Shown here: positions 1-11,572 of the stretch, one piece after another
Position numbering within the stretch: position 1 is the first letter of the stretch
Layout of the letters: each line of letters opens with the position of its first letter
Source of the DNA: Magallana gigas
Taxonomy: Eukaryota
Assembly (NCBI RefSeq): GCF_963853765.1
Contig: NC_088855.1
Location: forward strand, 7,316,001 to 7,380,000
Direction of reading: 5' to 3'
DNA: 64,000 nt
The notes under the pieces: model-generated
The model's database searches: none
Told to the model about the DNA's origin: nothing
Seen by the model: only the letters and a program-made list of their open reading frames with translations
Translations under genes and position numbers: made by a program

Positions 1-285
1 CATGCATACAAGAGATTGTTTTGTTCACCAAGTTGTTTCAACTAGTTCTCTTCAATGAAAAATAATGTTCCTTTTTCACTGTTTTACATTTGCTCTAGGA
101 TTTTTGTTTTTTGTTTTTTTTTACTGAAATACCCAGTTCCCTTTCTTCATCTTATAGCTATTTTTGCCCAGTTTATTACTAGTTTTTACCTTTGGTTTCG
201 ATTCAAATTTCTAATGCTCACATCAATTATCATGTATCATCAAATATCATGACTACCCTTGATCATTCCCACTAAGTACACCCAC

Positions 286-2733
286 CTCATTTTAAATGTT
301 TTGGCCCCAATGGCCAAGGACAGGAGTTGGTGACCCAGACAGATACCAAATATGGGCTTGTATTTCTCTTCCTTGACCACTCTCCTCAAGCTTTCGATGG
401 TTGCCTTACACATCTGGGGGTCTCCTGGGCCATTACTGATGAACAACCCATCATACTCTGTACACAAACAACACAATGTTTTCATCATAGCATAAAACAT
501 CTGTTAACAGGTATATTCTAAAAATTGGCCTCTAGTCTCAATTGCTTGGTCTCTACCAAAATTTTTCTGGTCTACATTTTGAAAAAAAAAAATACTTCAC
601 ATTCTTTATTTTTTTTTTTTATATTTTAAAAGGTTACATAAACACATCAAACTAACTTGTTTTACTGTTCTGGGGTTTATCCATGCTAAACAAACTAGAT
701 TGTCATTTTACACTTCAAAATTGCACATTATCACGTAAAGGAAAAGTCTTTACAATGCTTATTAAGTTGCTTTTAAGGCCTTTTCATTTGAGAAAGATTG
801 TTTGCACGAGACTTTGTATAATCACTCATATAGTATTAAACATGATGTTTACCATCACTAGAGATCTTGTAGTCCCATGGCACGACCTTGACCTTTGCCC
901 CCCTCTGACACAGACACCTGATTTGGTTGTACTTGATTCCACAGTCCACGGCTAGAATGGTTAGTTCTCCCTTAGGATTGTACACAACTGGTTCCTGTGA
1001 CGGAAGAGAACCAGGTTAAAGAACATCTAAAGAACCAATTTCTAAACTTTGATACATAGTTTCCTCCTTCGGTTCCTCTGAGGCAGTTTTTACAAATCTA
1101 TTTGGGAGTTTCGATTGTTAAATTTATTCTCTCCATGACTTTTGTCAACCTATTTCTTTCCGATGGAATGAATGATAAATTTTTTTCAGTATATTGTAAC
1201 AGTATTTATTTAGAAAGTAAAATACAAACAAAAACACTTTTCCCCTAATTTTCATTGGTACTACAACAAAAACTGCTTGATGGTCTCAAAAAGCCTCCTG
1301 TTGCACATTACTCTCCTTCTATTTTGACACTTTCTATCACAGGTGTATAGTTTTCACCTGCAATTAGACAGTGCCAATACAGACGAAGCTTGTTTGTGGT
1401 TTCTCTGGGCAGCTGCAGGTCTAAACTCTGAGAATCATGAATGATCGATGAAATCTATAAAACCCATTAATATAAGAGACTTCAGTTTGTTCATCTGTTA
1501 CCTTTAGGGAGACTTCAGACACTAGGTTAATCTTGTTTGGATCTATCAGTGGGACATCAGAGCTTTTCATTCCTTCCACAACAATCTGAAACAAAAAAAT
1601 TAAAGTCTGAAATCTTAGTCGTTTGTCAAATGATTAAAACCAACTTCATTACATACTGTAAACAAACTTTTATTCGCAGCGACTTTATTTCACGGTCAAC
1701 TGCCGATAAACTGGTTCGCAATGACTTATATTCATGACCAAACCTGTATGGCCGTGTTATAACAAACATTCAACAAGGGCTGGTTTGCGTTATTAGCGAC
1801 GAAGAGGCTCCTGCTAACTGCACGAAAAATTTCTGGCATGTGAATAAAAGTTGGTTTACAGTGTTGGTCCTTTGTATAAAAAGAAATGATATATGATTAG
1901 GAAAGTCTTTGTACTGCGTGTTCCAAGCTCACCTTCCCAAGCATAGTTCCCTTCTCACGTATTTTCTTGGTCAGAGACCTCGTATCTAAACCTGATATTG
2001 AAAAAAAAACCTCTTGTATTCAAATATCCTTTGTTTTAAAATCAGCAACTTTGATTATGAGTTTTTTGTTTAAATTTGAACACCGACACTGACATGACTT
2101 TACCATACAGTCCAGGGACGTTGAATTCGCTGAGCCATTTAGAAAGCGATTTTACTGCGGACCAGTGACTATATTTTTCCGTCACATCCCCTACAATAAG
2201 CCCGGCAACATGGATTTTAGCAGACTCGAACCATTCAGTGAGCCCGAACTCATCTTTCTCCTCTGCAGGTATCCCATAGTTCCCAATCAAGGGATAGGTC
2301 AGGATAAGTATCTGCTTACTGTACGAAGGATCAGTCAACGACTCAGGATATCCCACCATTCCAGTCTGGAAAACTGCAATGCGAATGCAAATATACAGCT
2401 GTGCAGGTACACAAGTACTCAACATTTATAATTAATTACGGAAAAAGTTGAAATTATTTATTTACTTTCTTTTACTTTTTCATAACTTATTAACAATTAG
2501 AGTTTATAGACATTTATAAATTATAGTCGTTAGCCAATGAAAAGAAAAATAGAATCCGCGTGGTCTGAATTTAAATGCGCAATTTTCAATGTTAACATAA
2601 GTGCATGGCCATGCATTTTGGTCGCGTTCACATACCTACCTACTTCTCCAGGAACGCTCGTCTTGGCCCCAAAAATGAAACCGGGAAACCGCGTCCCATC
2701 TTCCAACTCCAACCAACCATTGGTGGCTTCCAT
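286..2733 (-). CDS. CAD: CAD multifunctional pyrimidine biosynthesis protein, 5' part (glutamine amidotransferase / CPSase small-chain domain); gene continues beyond the left edge
   Basis: Exons rebuilt by hand, all GT-AG and in frame: 2640-2733 ([31 protein letters not shown]), 2104-2373 ([18 protein letters not shown]...), 1933-1991 ([20 protein letters not shown]), 1502-1585 (IVVEG...[14 protein letters not shown]), 853-994 (EPVVYNPKG...[27 protein letters not shown]), 286-457 ([14 protein letters not shown]...[12 protein letters not shown]). GICLGHQ is the catalytic Cys motif of class I glutamine amidotransferases. CPS1/CPSIII-type enzymes share this domain, but there is no mitochondrial leader here. 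Confidence 0.93.
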
Positions 2734-2884
2734 CTTTAAAGCTTAGCAAACAGCGGCAGCGTGGTCGCTCAGTTTTTCAACTGAAAGTCGAATAAACTAT
2801 CGTCAGCGACCCATGGCAGTCAGTGCACTTTGTTAAACACTAATAACAGCGTTACAAACAACAACTGTGACGAACTAAGATGTG

Positions 2885-3000
2885 CACGTGGTATAATAGC
2901 AAACGTTTCTTCACTCATTCGACTCTCATGTTGACCGCCATTTCTATTCTACATGCACGTGTGTTATAGTAAGGACGATAACTCGCAGGCGGGTCACGTG
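2885..3000. promoter_or_regulatory. Three CACGTG E-boxes in the CAD proximal promoter
   Basis: CACGTG at 2885-2890, 2956-2961 and 2995-3000, about 150-270 bp upstream of the CAD ATG. Confidence 0.55.
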
Positions 3001-4026
3001 ACAGTGACATGACATAGCGATTGGTGAAGAACAACGAAAACTTATAACGTTACATGTATGTTGGCCTAGACAAAACGTGAAAATTATTTTTCACATGAAA
3101 ATTAAAGGCTGAATAAATAAAAAAATATATTAATAAATAGAGAAATAACATTCTTTTGCAAACCGATTTGATCATTTTGAATGCTTAGAATAATTTTGAA
3201 AAATTTAAAATTTATTTATGAAAATGATTCGTCTGATTTTATACATCATACCGGAGTCTAAGTACAGAAAGTCTACAATTTGAATTTCAGGAAATTATTT
3301 GAAAGTACAATTAAAAAAAATTTTTTGTACATGTACATGTAGTAATGACTGTGCGATTTACACGTCCGGCGCTGTCCAGATCCGGGTCGATATCTGCATG
3401 TAATATTTATAATTTGAATAAAATGCCACATTTTTTACTCTCAAAATATGAGATTTCACAAGTCTCTGTAGGCGGAAAGGGAAGTGCAATTGAAATTTAC
3501 TGGAAAAACCAGAGAGGGTATGGAAAATTCATCTGATGGGCACGAGCAACTATAATCAGTCGCGCGACCGTGAGATGGATCCCCTTGAAGGTCCTTAATC
3601 CCACTCCAAGATTTAAAACACGTGCACACTTCCTTACGAATTTATTCACACAGTCACACTTTCTTCTTAAAATTTGGTTACCGGATATTTGATCATGAAG
3701 TATTTTTTAAGAACTCTCTATACACTAATAATTTTTTTCCCTTGAGAAAACTTAATCATTAATAAAAAGGAGAAAAGTTATAAAGTATTTTATTACTTTA
3801 TTCTGTCTAATATAATGCTTATATAGAATTCTTATTCATTCGTTCTCTACATAAAGCTTACCATGGAATAGGAACTTTAAAGTGCATGTACAGTGTAAAG
3901 TGTGGCAAGGGATTCAAGTATAATACATATGAAGAAAATATTTTTAAAAAACATGAAAATTATATATTAAGTAATTAATATGACATATAACATAAAACAT
4001 GTACGGGAGGATAGAATTAGATATGT

Positions 4027-4175
4027 AGGGATTCAGTTTTTTCTAAGGGGGATAATTGTGTTTGCCGTGGGTGGGTGGGGGGGGGGGGGGGTAGGGGTGT
4101 CCCGATGCCTTTTTCCGGTAAATTTACTAATTGCATTTCATAAATTCCTCGACCCCTCTGCCTCTAGATTCGCGC
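4027..4175. repeat. G-tract-containing fragment of an interspersed repeat
   Basis: Long G run followed by a segment ending CCTCTAGATTCGCGC, resembling an abundant oyster non-autonomous repeat (recalled, not searched). Confidence 0.35.
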
Positions 4176-4357
4176 TGTTAGGGGACATTATTGAACATTA
4201 CACACCGGATACAATAATCAATGCATCCCACTCTTACCATATCATCTCATGTATTTATTCCATATATTTTAAAATAACTATATAACCGTGATGAGCTGTT
4301 ACTCGATCGATTTCATGATATTTTTTTCCGACTGCTTGTTTTAGTATCCTTCTTTAA

Positions 4358-4503
4358 GTATGGAAGTGTATTAGGACCAAAGCAGTAATTTTTTTTTTAT
4401 TAATTTGTTATGGCAGATTAGTAATTTGTTATAACAAATTAATAATCTGTTATATCAAATTAATAAAAAATACTGCTGCGGCCTTTTAAATACGCTTCCG
4501 TAT
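4358..4503. mobile_element. TTAA-flanked palindromic MITE (about 146 bp)
   Basis: TTAA at 4354-4357 and 4504-4507. Ends GTATGGAAGTGTATT / AATACGCTTCCGTAT are imperfect inverted repeats. The element folds back around the central palindrome TAATTTGTTATAACAAATTA. Confidence 0.65.
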
Positions 4504-5033
4504 TTAAGTAATGAAATTCTATTACACTGTAACATTTATGAAAGCCACCACCACCCCCCTTCCAGCAAAAGAGTTCTCTTTCTTTCCTCAAAAGTGTCAA
4601 CGAACTATCTCACGTTCTCTTATAATTGAAAATAAAATGTGAAAATATTATGGCTTGATACTTTTTATAACATCACGTACTTGGTTATAAATAAAAAAGG
4701 TAAAGAAAACTAAGACAATTTTATGCTACACACTTTGTCACGAAGTTTAAACAAAGTGTGGATTCTGGTCGTGCCACCCCGCAATTAACCCGCGACAGGG
4801 AGGAAATCACGAAATTAATCCTCGTTTATTGAACCCAAAAGTCACAAAAGGTGTGTCAAAATTCACTTGTCTGATTATGTAAAATGTTTGAAAAGTTTCA
4901 CGAACAATACGAATGAATATTCCCCCACCCCCCGATTTATACACGTATGAACAACTCAATCATTACAAATACAATATGAAGACATTGCCCCTTTATATAA
5001 CAAAAAATAAATCGGCACAGTTTTAAATGATTT

Positions 5034-5171
5034 AAAAATAATAAATATCCAGAATAAAATCACAAATTGATCCTATTAACAGTTATAACTGCCTGAAGAG
5101 CCAGGAATGGTGAAAACGTTTGCGGTTAATAGGATCAATTTGTGATTTTATTCTGGATATTTATTATTTTT
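5034..5171. repeat. Perfect 47-bp inverted repeat with 44-nt spacer
   Basis: Left arm 5034-5080 AAAAATAATAAATATCCAGAATAAAATCACAAATTGATCCTATTAAC. Right arm 5125-5171 is its reverse complement. Confidence 0.9.
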
Positions 5172-7054
5172 TAAATTATATATCCTTCATGTGTCCCCCC
5201 CCCCCCCCCCCCCCCCAAAAAAAGAGAGAGAAGCAAGAACACATTTAAAACACCTGGTTAAGATATACCTATATAGAGAAGGTTTTTTCAGTAATATTCT
5301 TCCATGTAGTTGCGTTCTAATTCTTTATTAATTAATTGGTCCGGACACGGTCACTATAGTTCTGCAAATTTTTATTCTATTAAAAAATTTGACACCAACA
5401 GATTGGTGGCCCCGAAACTCAGAGTGGAAAGGATCTATAAATGATATAAGTTTGTGACGATTCCGAACCGTCACTTCCAACTTATATAGAGTTAAAAAAA
5501 GAACCAGAGGAGAAAAACAACGCATAAACTAGCTGCAGAACTGTAGCTCTCCAGAAAAAAAAAATATTGACGGACCGGAGAGCTACAGGGCCACCCATTG
5601 AAAAAATTGTATATTTATTGCGCAGAAAAACGTGCGCTAGTTTTGGACTGATTTACCTTATTTATACGCAAATTGCAAAATGAAAGCGATCGAAACAAAT
5701 ATCAGCGGAGATCACCCAGGCTGACATCCGAACAAAATACCCTGCGTGCATGGTAAGGTTCGCCACAAACTGGTTCCATTTCACGCGAACAAACCCTTCC
5801 TCACACCAACAATGGATGTATATGTAAATACATCAAATTCTCGTAAGGGGCAAACATCAAGGCAGTAAAGGTGTGGACATTTTGACAAAATATTTAGTTA
5901 CGACCAGTTTGATGGCTTCAGCACCGACAAGGGAGTTACAGGTGTAATGGAGGTAATTTCACGCACCTTGCTGCCCAACAATTCCGGACAATTTACAAAG
6001 GTTGCCGGTGCGTTTATTTAATGTTGTATCAAAATCCTGTCCGTCAAGCGTCCCGACACCTTTGTTACGTCTCCGAGTTATTTGGATTTCATTAAATCAA
6101 TTTAACATTTCCTTACAAACCGAATAACAACTTTTCATGTATAATGAATTTTGTCTCGGATTAAATGGGATTACGGCGGTCGCCATTACACGAGAGAAAA
6201 TTGAAAGTTTGCGCACGTGGGCATTTACATTCGTTATCTGACTCGGTTAATATCGTGTCACCCTTTATATGAAAATATTTCTAACTTATTTTTTTCACCG
6301 ACACTATTTGTGTTGCCTATCTTTGTTAGATCTGGAAAAAGTTTAATGTTCTACCGAAAAACCTCATCTTCCGGTGGAGATAACGATCAATTCTCGCGAC
6401 ATTATTGCGTTTTGTCGAGCAATGCGACGCCCCGTGTTAGTAATCACGGCACTCGCTGTAAATGAAGACCTTAAGATGTGACAGAATTCCACAGATACCA
6501 TCTCCATCAGCACCGAGGCATTAAATTCATCATAAAATTATTATTCAGACTTAAACCCCGACTCACCTCTGGATCTACCTCAACAATGGCAAACATCGTG
6601 ATTATCAAACACGGGGGTTATCATTTTACATCGGACCTCCTTCCTTTTATCAATTTTGTTGTGTTCAGATCCAACTTTACATAATTGTCGTGCCACAAAA
6701 GTGTTCTTTTTATGAAAAATAAATATTTTATTTCAAATGCATATTTTGAGAAAGCGACTCCATTTCGACTAATCCTAATGCAATATTAAATGCATTATTA
6801 AATGTCAAATTTAGTATGTTAATATGTACGTGAGAAAAAATTCAATTTGAACTTTCGATGTAACATCTATACATACATGTAACTAAATATAAAAATTAAA
6901 AAAACGAAGACTAGTTTAATCAGAAAAAAATCTTCATTTTAATAATCAGCACCTTTGATTACATAAACAGATGTTGTCGTTGTATAACATCATAACAATC
7001 GTATAATAACAGATTTATATGTAAAATATGTAATGGAATGTACACTGTACGCTG

Positions 7055-7080
7055 TATCACAAATCTGCATCTAGGAAGAC
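7055..7080 (-). promoter_or_regulatory. K-box (TGTGATA) and GY-box (GTCTTCC) in the HES-A 3' UTR
   Basis: Plus-strand TATCACA at 7055-7061 and GGAAGAC at 7074-7080. Both lie between the stop (7314) and the first AATAAA I found (6727-6732). Confidence 0.55.
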
Positions 7081-7313
7081 AACCAATGAATAGGAAGCTC
7101 TTCAATATCACCCTCTCTATAGAAAAATAAATTTATATATGCAATGTCTAAACGCACTGAACACAGCCCAATCAAAAAATGCTTAGTCCCACAAAAATAG
7201 AATTCTATAATAATACACTTTTCTTATGGTCTTCAATAATATATGTGGGTTGTTTTAGTGCATTGTGTAGAAAATATACGTTATCTAAAACCGCAACAGG
7301 AAAATAACCCTGT

Positions 7314-10300
7314 TTACCATGGTCGCCACACGTCCTGGTCAGACTGGGGCGACGAAAGCGACATCTGGAAGTTGGGCATACACAGGAAGTTGCCCTGGAT
7401 GTTTTGGACCGAATTGGCGGGGATAAGATTTGACTGTCCACCCACAGAAGATGCCATGAAATTTGGTACAGTTGAAATCTGTCCTTGCGGTATCATAACG
7501 AATTGGTTTCCATTGACAACAGAACCAAGCTGCATTGTTGAAGTCTGAGCGGTGCTGCTGGAGACCATTTCACTTCCGGTTCTAGAAGTCTTCACCAAGT
7601 TCAAAGGTGAATCGCTGGTCCTTGTCATCTGAGAGTTTATTGGTACGGGTTGACATAATGTAGCTGTTGGGACTAACACGTACGTTGGAGCGCTCGGATT
7701 GCAGATGTAAACATTTCTATTTCCAGGAAGTTGGGTTGTCGTCTGGCAGGAAGGCGATGACGCGACACTGACAATCGAAGCACTTGACACACGCGGAAGA
7801 ATATTGGCGTAAGACACAGAAGCGACACTTTTAGGATTCTGGTCCACTGCAGGCGACTTGTCTTCGGCGGGTTCGGACGATTTGTTAGAAGGGTTGACTT
7901 GAAGATGTCTTATCAACGCTGATCGGACCTCATCGGGCACGTTTTCCGAAGATTGCAGAAAGTTTTGGATCTCGTTACGGCATTTGTCATACCCGGCTTT
8001 ATACTGCACGCTATCCACTACGCCTTCACGATTTTCACCTTCTGAAATGAAATGAAAATTATATTTGCATTATGAGCTGTTGTCAAAGAATTAAAAGAAT
8101 TCTCTCAGAGATAGGAGGACTTCTTGTCTGTACCTTCTTTTGATGTAGTGGGATGAGATCGCTTGACAAAGTCAACAGTCATTTCCAAAATGTCGGCTTT
8201 TTCCAACTTGTTTGACTTTCCAATCTGAAATTTAAAATAAAGTTGAGCATTACAGATGTTATATTTCACTTCAGTTTTTAGATATATTTTTCATAATTTC
8301 ACCTCATGCAAATATCAACAACTTTTCCCTAAAGTTTTTCCGTCATTTAGGAATACTCAGGTATTAATTAAGTCTCTGGTATGCCGAATTTTAAGTAGAA
8401 AAACCACCCGGAAAAAAAATATTTTATTGATTTTAATTTAACAAACACATGTTCAAAGATTAAATCTTTTCAACATTATGGAGTTTTGTGCTCCGATTCC
8501 GATCCAGTAGCTTTCCTTCTGCATGGTTTTAGCACATCAAAACAATTTAATTCCAACATTGTACGTATAAGGCCGATTTCGGTGCACGATTATGTGTGTG
8601 AATGTAATTCATTATCAGGAATTTCTCAGGAAAATGAATTTCATCAAATCCCATAGATTTCTCTTGTACAGGTGAAATTTGAAAAATCTTCGCTTTCCTC
8701 ACTTCGGTAAGTTTTTAATTTGAAGAATTAAATGTCAATAAAGCTTGGACGCTGGGGTAAAATAGGGGCAAAGCTACCATAACGCTTGAAATTTGCATAA
8801 AATGAAAGCTTAATTTCCAACAAATCCAATTATTAAGACTCATTGCACGCGATTAAAGTTATTAATCGAACTTTTTAAACGGAACGGGGGGGGGGGGGGG
8901 GGGGGGGTATTGGTATTTTTCTCTGAGATAAAATGATTTCTTCCTCTAGGAAAATTTCCTTTATGTAATTCGAAAGCGCTTTTTTCTTAAAAGCAATGTT
9001 TTACAAAAAGTTATATTTTTATCTCAACTTCAAGAATAGCATTTCTTTGATTTAAAAGAATTCGTCACACCTTAAAAAAGTACTGAGATGGCATCGACAG
9101 CACGATGATATGATCGCGTTTTTATGGACTCAAGTTTTCAAAGAAAGGACAAAGTCAATTGAAAAAAAAAAATCAAACTCGAACTGATTTATTCCGGAGT
9201 TAAATAAACAGATATTCCAGTAGTTTACAGTTCTGCGTGTTAAAGTGCGTTACTTTGAGATTCGTCTGCATCGAATCAAAGAAACCAGAGAGGTTTTCAA
9301 TTTTCTGCGTTTAACATTTTTTACTGCATTTTAATTAAGATCAAAAATTGATTTTTTTTTCTGCTTCAATGGACTACCACTTTAAAACGGCGTAGCTAGA
9401 GCTTAAGACTTTTAACCATAGAAACAAATAGATTTCTCAATGGTTCTGCAGTTCGCCGTGTTTATAGAAGAGACATGATAATACATCTGATTGTGGACGA
9501 CAGTTTTGTCACATGCCTCGTCTCGCTCGCTTCTCTTTGACGAGACCACGAAAAGATGTTTACTTTTATCAAGTTGAATTTAAATAGCCAAATATATCTT
9601 TCTTACTTAGCTTAAATGAAATCTGTTTCGTGCTCTGACAAGTCTTATTGCAGATGTGCGACCCGCAATCAGGGCTTGTGTAAACCCCGCGGAACAGAGC
9701 TATAGATAATTTATCGGGTACAAGCCACTTAGTTTCGTTTTTTTTCTTTTTTCCCCGGTGAGGCCTGTGGAAACAAGCCAAGACATATCGACATATCTGA
9801 AAGCAGTTTTGTGACACGAAAACACAATTTACACCATTCCTTAAAAAATAAATCGCCCATTTTTGATAGAAAATTACTATTTTGTTCACAGTAACATGCA
9901 ATTATACCCCTCTACACGTACATAAATGTGCATTATATTCTTTTCTTCTCTGACGGCCATGAACGTTTTCTCTTCAGAATGAGTTTTTTTACGGATCAGT
10001 AAAATGCACGTGCAACAATGGACATTAATAGAACCATGTACAGAGATTTATGTCCGTTTATGCATGATTTATGCGGGCAAAAAGGTGTTATAAAAAACAA
10101 AGCTATTTTATAGCAAATACCTGCATGAAGAGAAATTCATATATACCTAAAGAGAAATTCATATCTTTGTAGTTATGGGCCCGTTACCTTTGGTGTGGGA
10201 AGAAAATAGATAAAGAATGAACAATTTATCGCCCGGAGTAGCTAGTCCGCTAGCATCATCAATTAGCAAGCATTCACGTCATTATCCGTATCACCCCGCC

Positions 10301-11407
10301 ATCTCATATCAACAGGTAAGAGGCCGTTAGAGGGGGGTCCGTATCTACCTTAGGTTTATCCTTGTCCAACTGGGATATCAGAGTCTGGAGCTGGTTCAAG
10401 CATTCGTTTATTCTTTCTCTCCGTCTTCTCTCTATCATTGGTTTGTTTACCTGAAAGAATAAGTAATTTTAACATGTACTTAGAAAACCTTGGAAATATC
10501 TTAATCACCAGGCACTAGCATATCATTGATATGGAGGATACTGTCAAATAAGACCATCATTTAGGGGGATTCTGTCATTTTGAGGATTAGATGTAATTTT
10601 TAACGGTGGCTCCGCAGGCAACGAGAATTGATTAACGTCAAATTACGTTTACTCTCCATGTCACGAATCTCCAGTCGTAATCCTAATCTGTAATATTATC
10701 CATTGATCTTAACCCGAGGATTAGAGGACGATCGCCCCGGATTAGAAACGCCATGCCAAACTTATATGGCGACTAATACTCAGGAATGTTATTGTTTCCG
10801 CCTCAAATAAGTTTCATGAAAAGGTTTTGGGTGCTCACGCCGGTCTCGTGCTATGACGTCATCACATTTTGGGGTACCCGCGCCGCGCTGACCACTGTTA
10901 TTACAGTAAATCACAGAAAGCGAATGAATCAAATGAACCGAGCAAGGCAGATGAATGTTACGACACAGAGAGATTAGTATCAGTAATGGATGTTCCGATC
11001 GTTTATCTTTTAATTTGAATTAGTTTCTTCTAAGATGTATATTTAGAAGCAAAAAAAAAAAAAAAAAAGAATTAAAAAAAACAAAAATGAAAGAGAAAAA
11101 GAAATTTTAAGAGGAGGGGCGGGTGATTACTAAGGATTTGACCACTCTTAGACTAATTTAATTTTCATTAATACAACGCTGTTGACATAATACGGTAAAT
11201 TTATAGATGTAAACAAAACAGTAATTTAGCCTGTCAAATGAAATGAACGTAACACAGGTGAAAACAGCGCAGTAAATAAGCAGACGAGTTAACGTATGAC
11301 TCCCCATACATATAAATATCAAAATCACTTACCCTTCTCTTCGGTGACCCCGTCGAACTGTGGACGGCTTCTTTTTTCACTTCATCTTTGGACTCTGTGG
11401 GTGCCAT
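7314..11407 (-). CDS. HES: HES-A: divergent Hairy/E(spl)-family bHLH-Orange-WRPW repressor, about 331 aa, 4 coding exons
   Basis: Exons 11333-11407 (MAPTESK...SPKRR), 10349-10450 (VNKPMIERRRRERINECLNQLQTLISQLDKDKPK), 8134-8224 ([21 protein letters not shown]...), 7314-8041 (Orange YKAGYDKCRNEIQNFL...; C-terminus SPQSDQDVWRPW*). Introns are GT-AG, phases 0, 0, 1. The basic-region Pro and WRPW are diagnostic. Confidence 0.94.
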
Positions 11408-11503
11408 GATCAGGTGATCAGTTTATAATTAAGAATTAATCGTTAATTGCTAATACTCCTATACATCCATGTCTGTTCGGTGTGATATGTTTCCTAGCAC
11501 TGA

Positions 11504-11572
11504 CACGAGTTGGTCCCACCGACAACTAAGCTCGTCACGCGAAGGCCTCTCTGATTAGCTGTCTGGCACGCG
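11504..11572. promoter_or_regulatory. N-box / class C sites upstream of HES-A (candidate autorepression)
   Basis: CACGAG at 11504-11509, CACGCG at 11536-11541 and GGCACGCG at 11565-11572, 100-165 bp upstream of the ATG. Confidence 0.5.

Noticed and set aside
8036-8044. NAGNAG acceptor (CAG AAG) at HES-A exon 4
   Set aside because: Real, but would only remove one Glu in a linker; such sites are common and uninformative.
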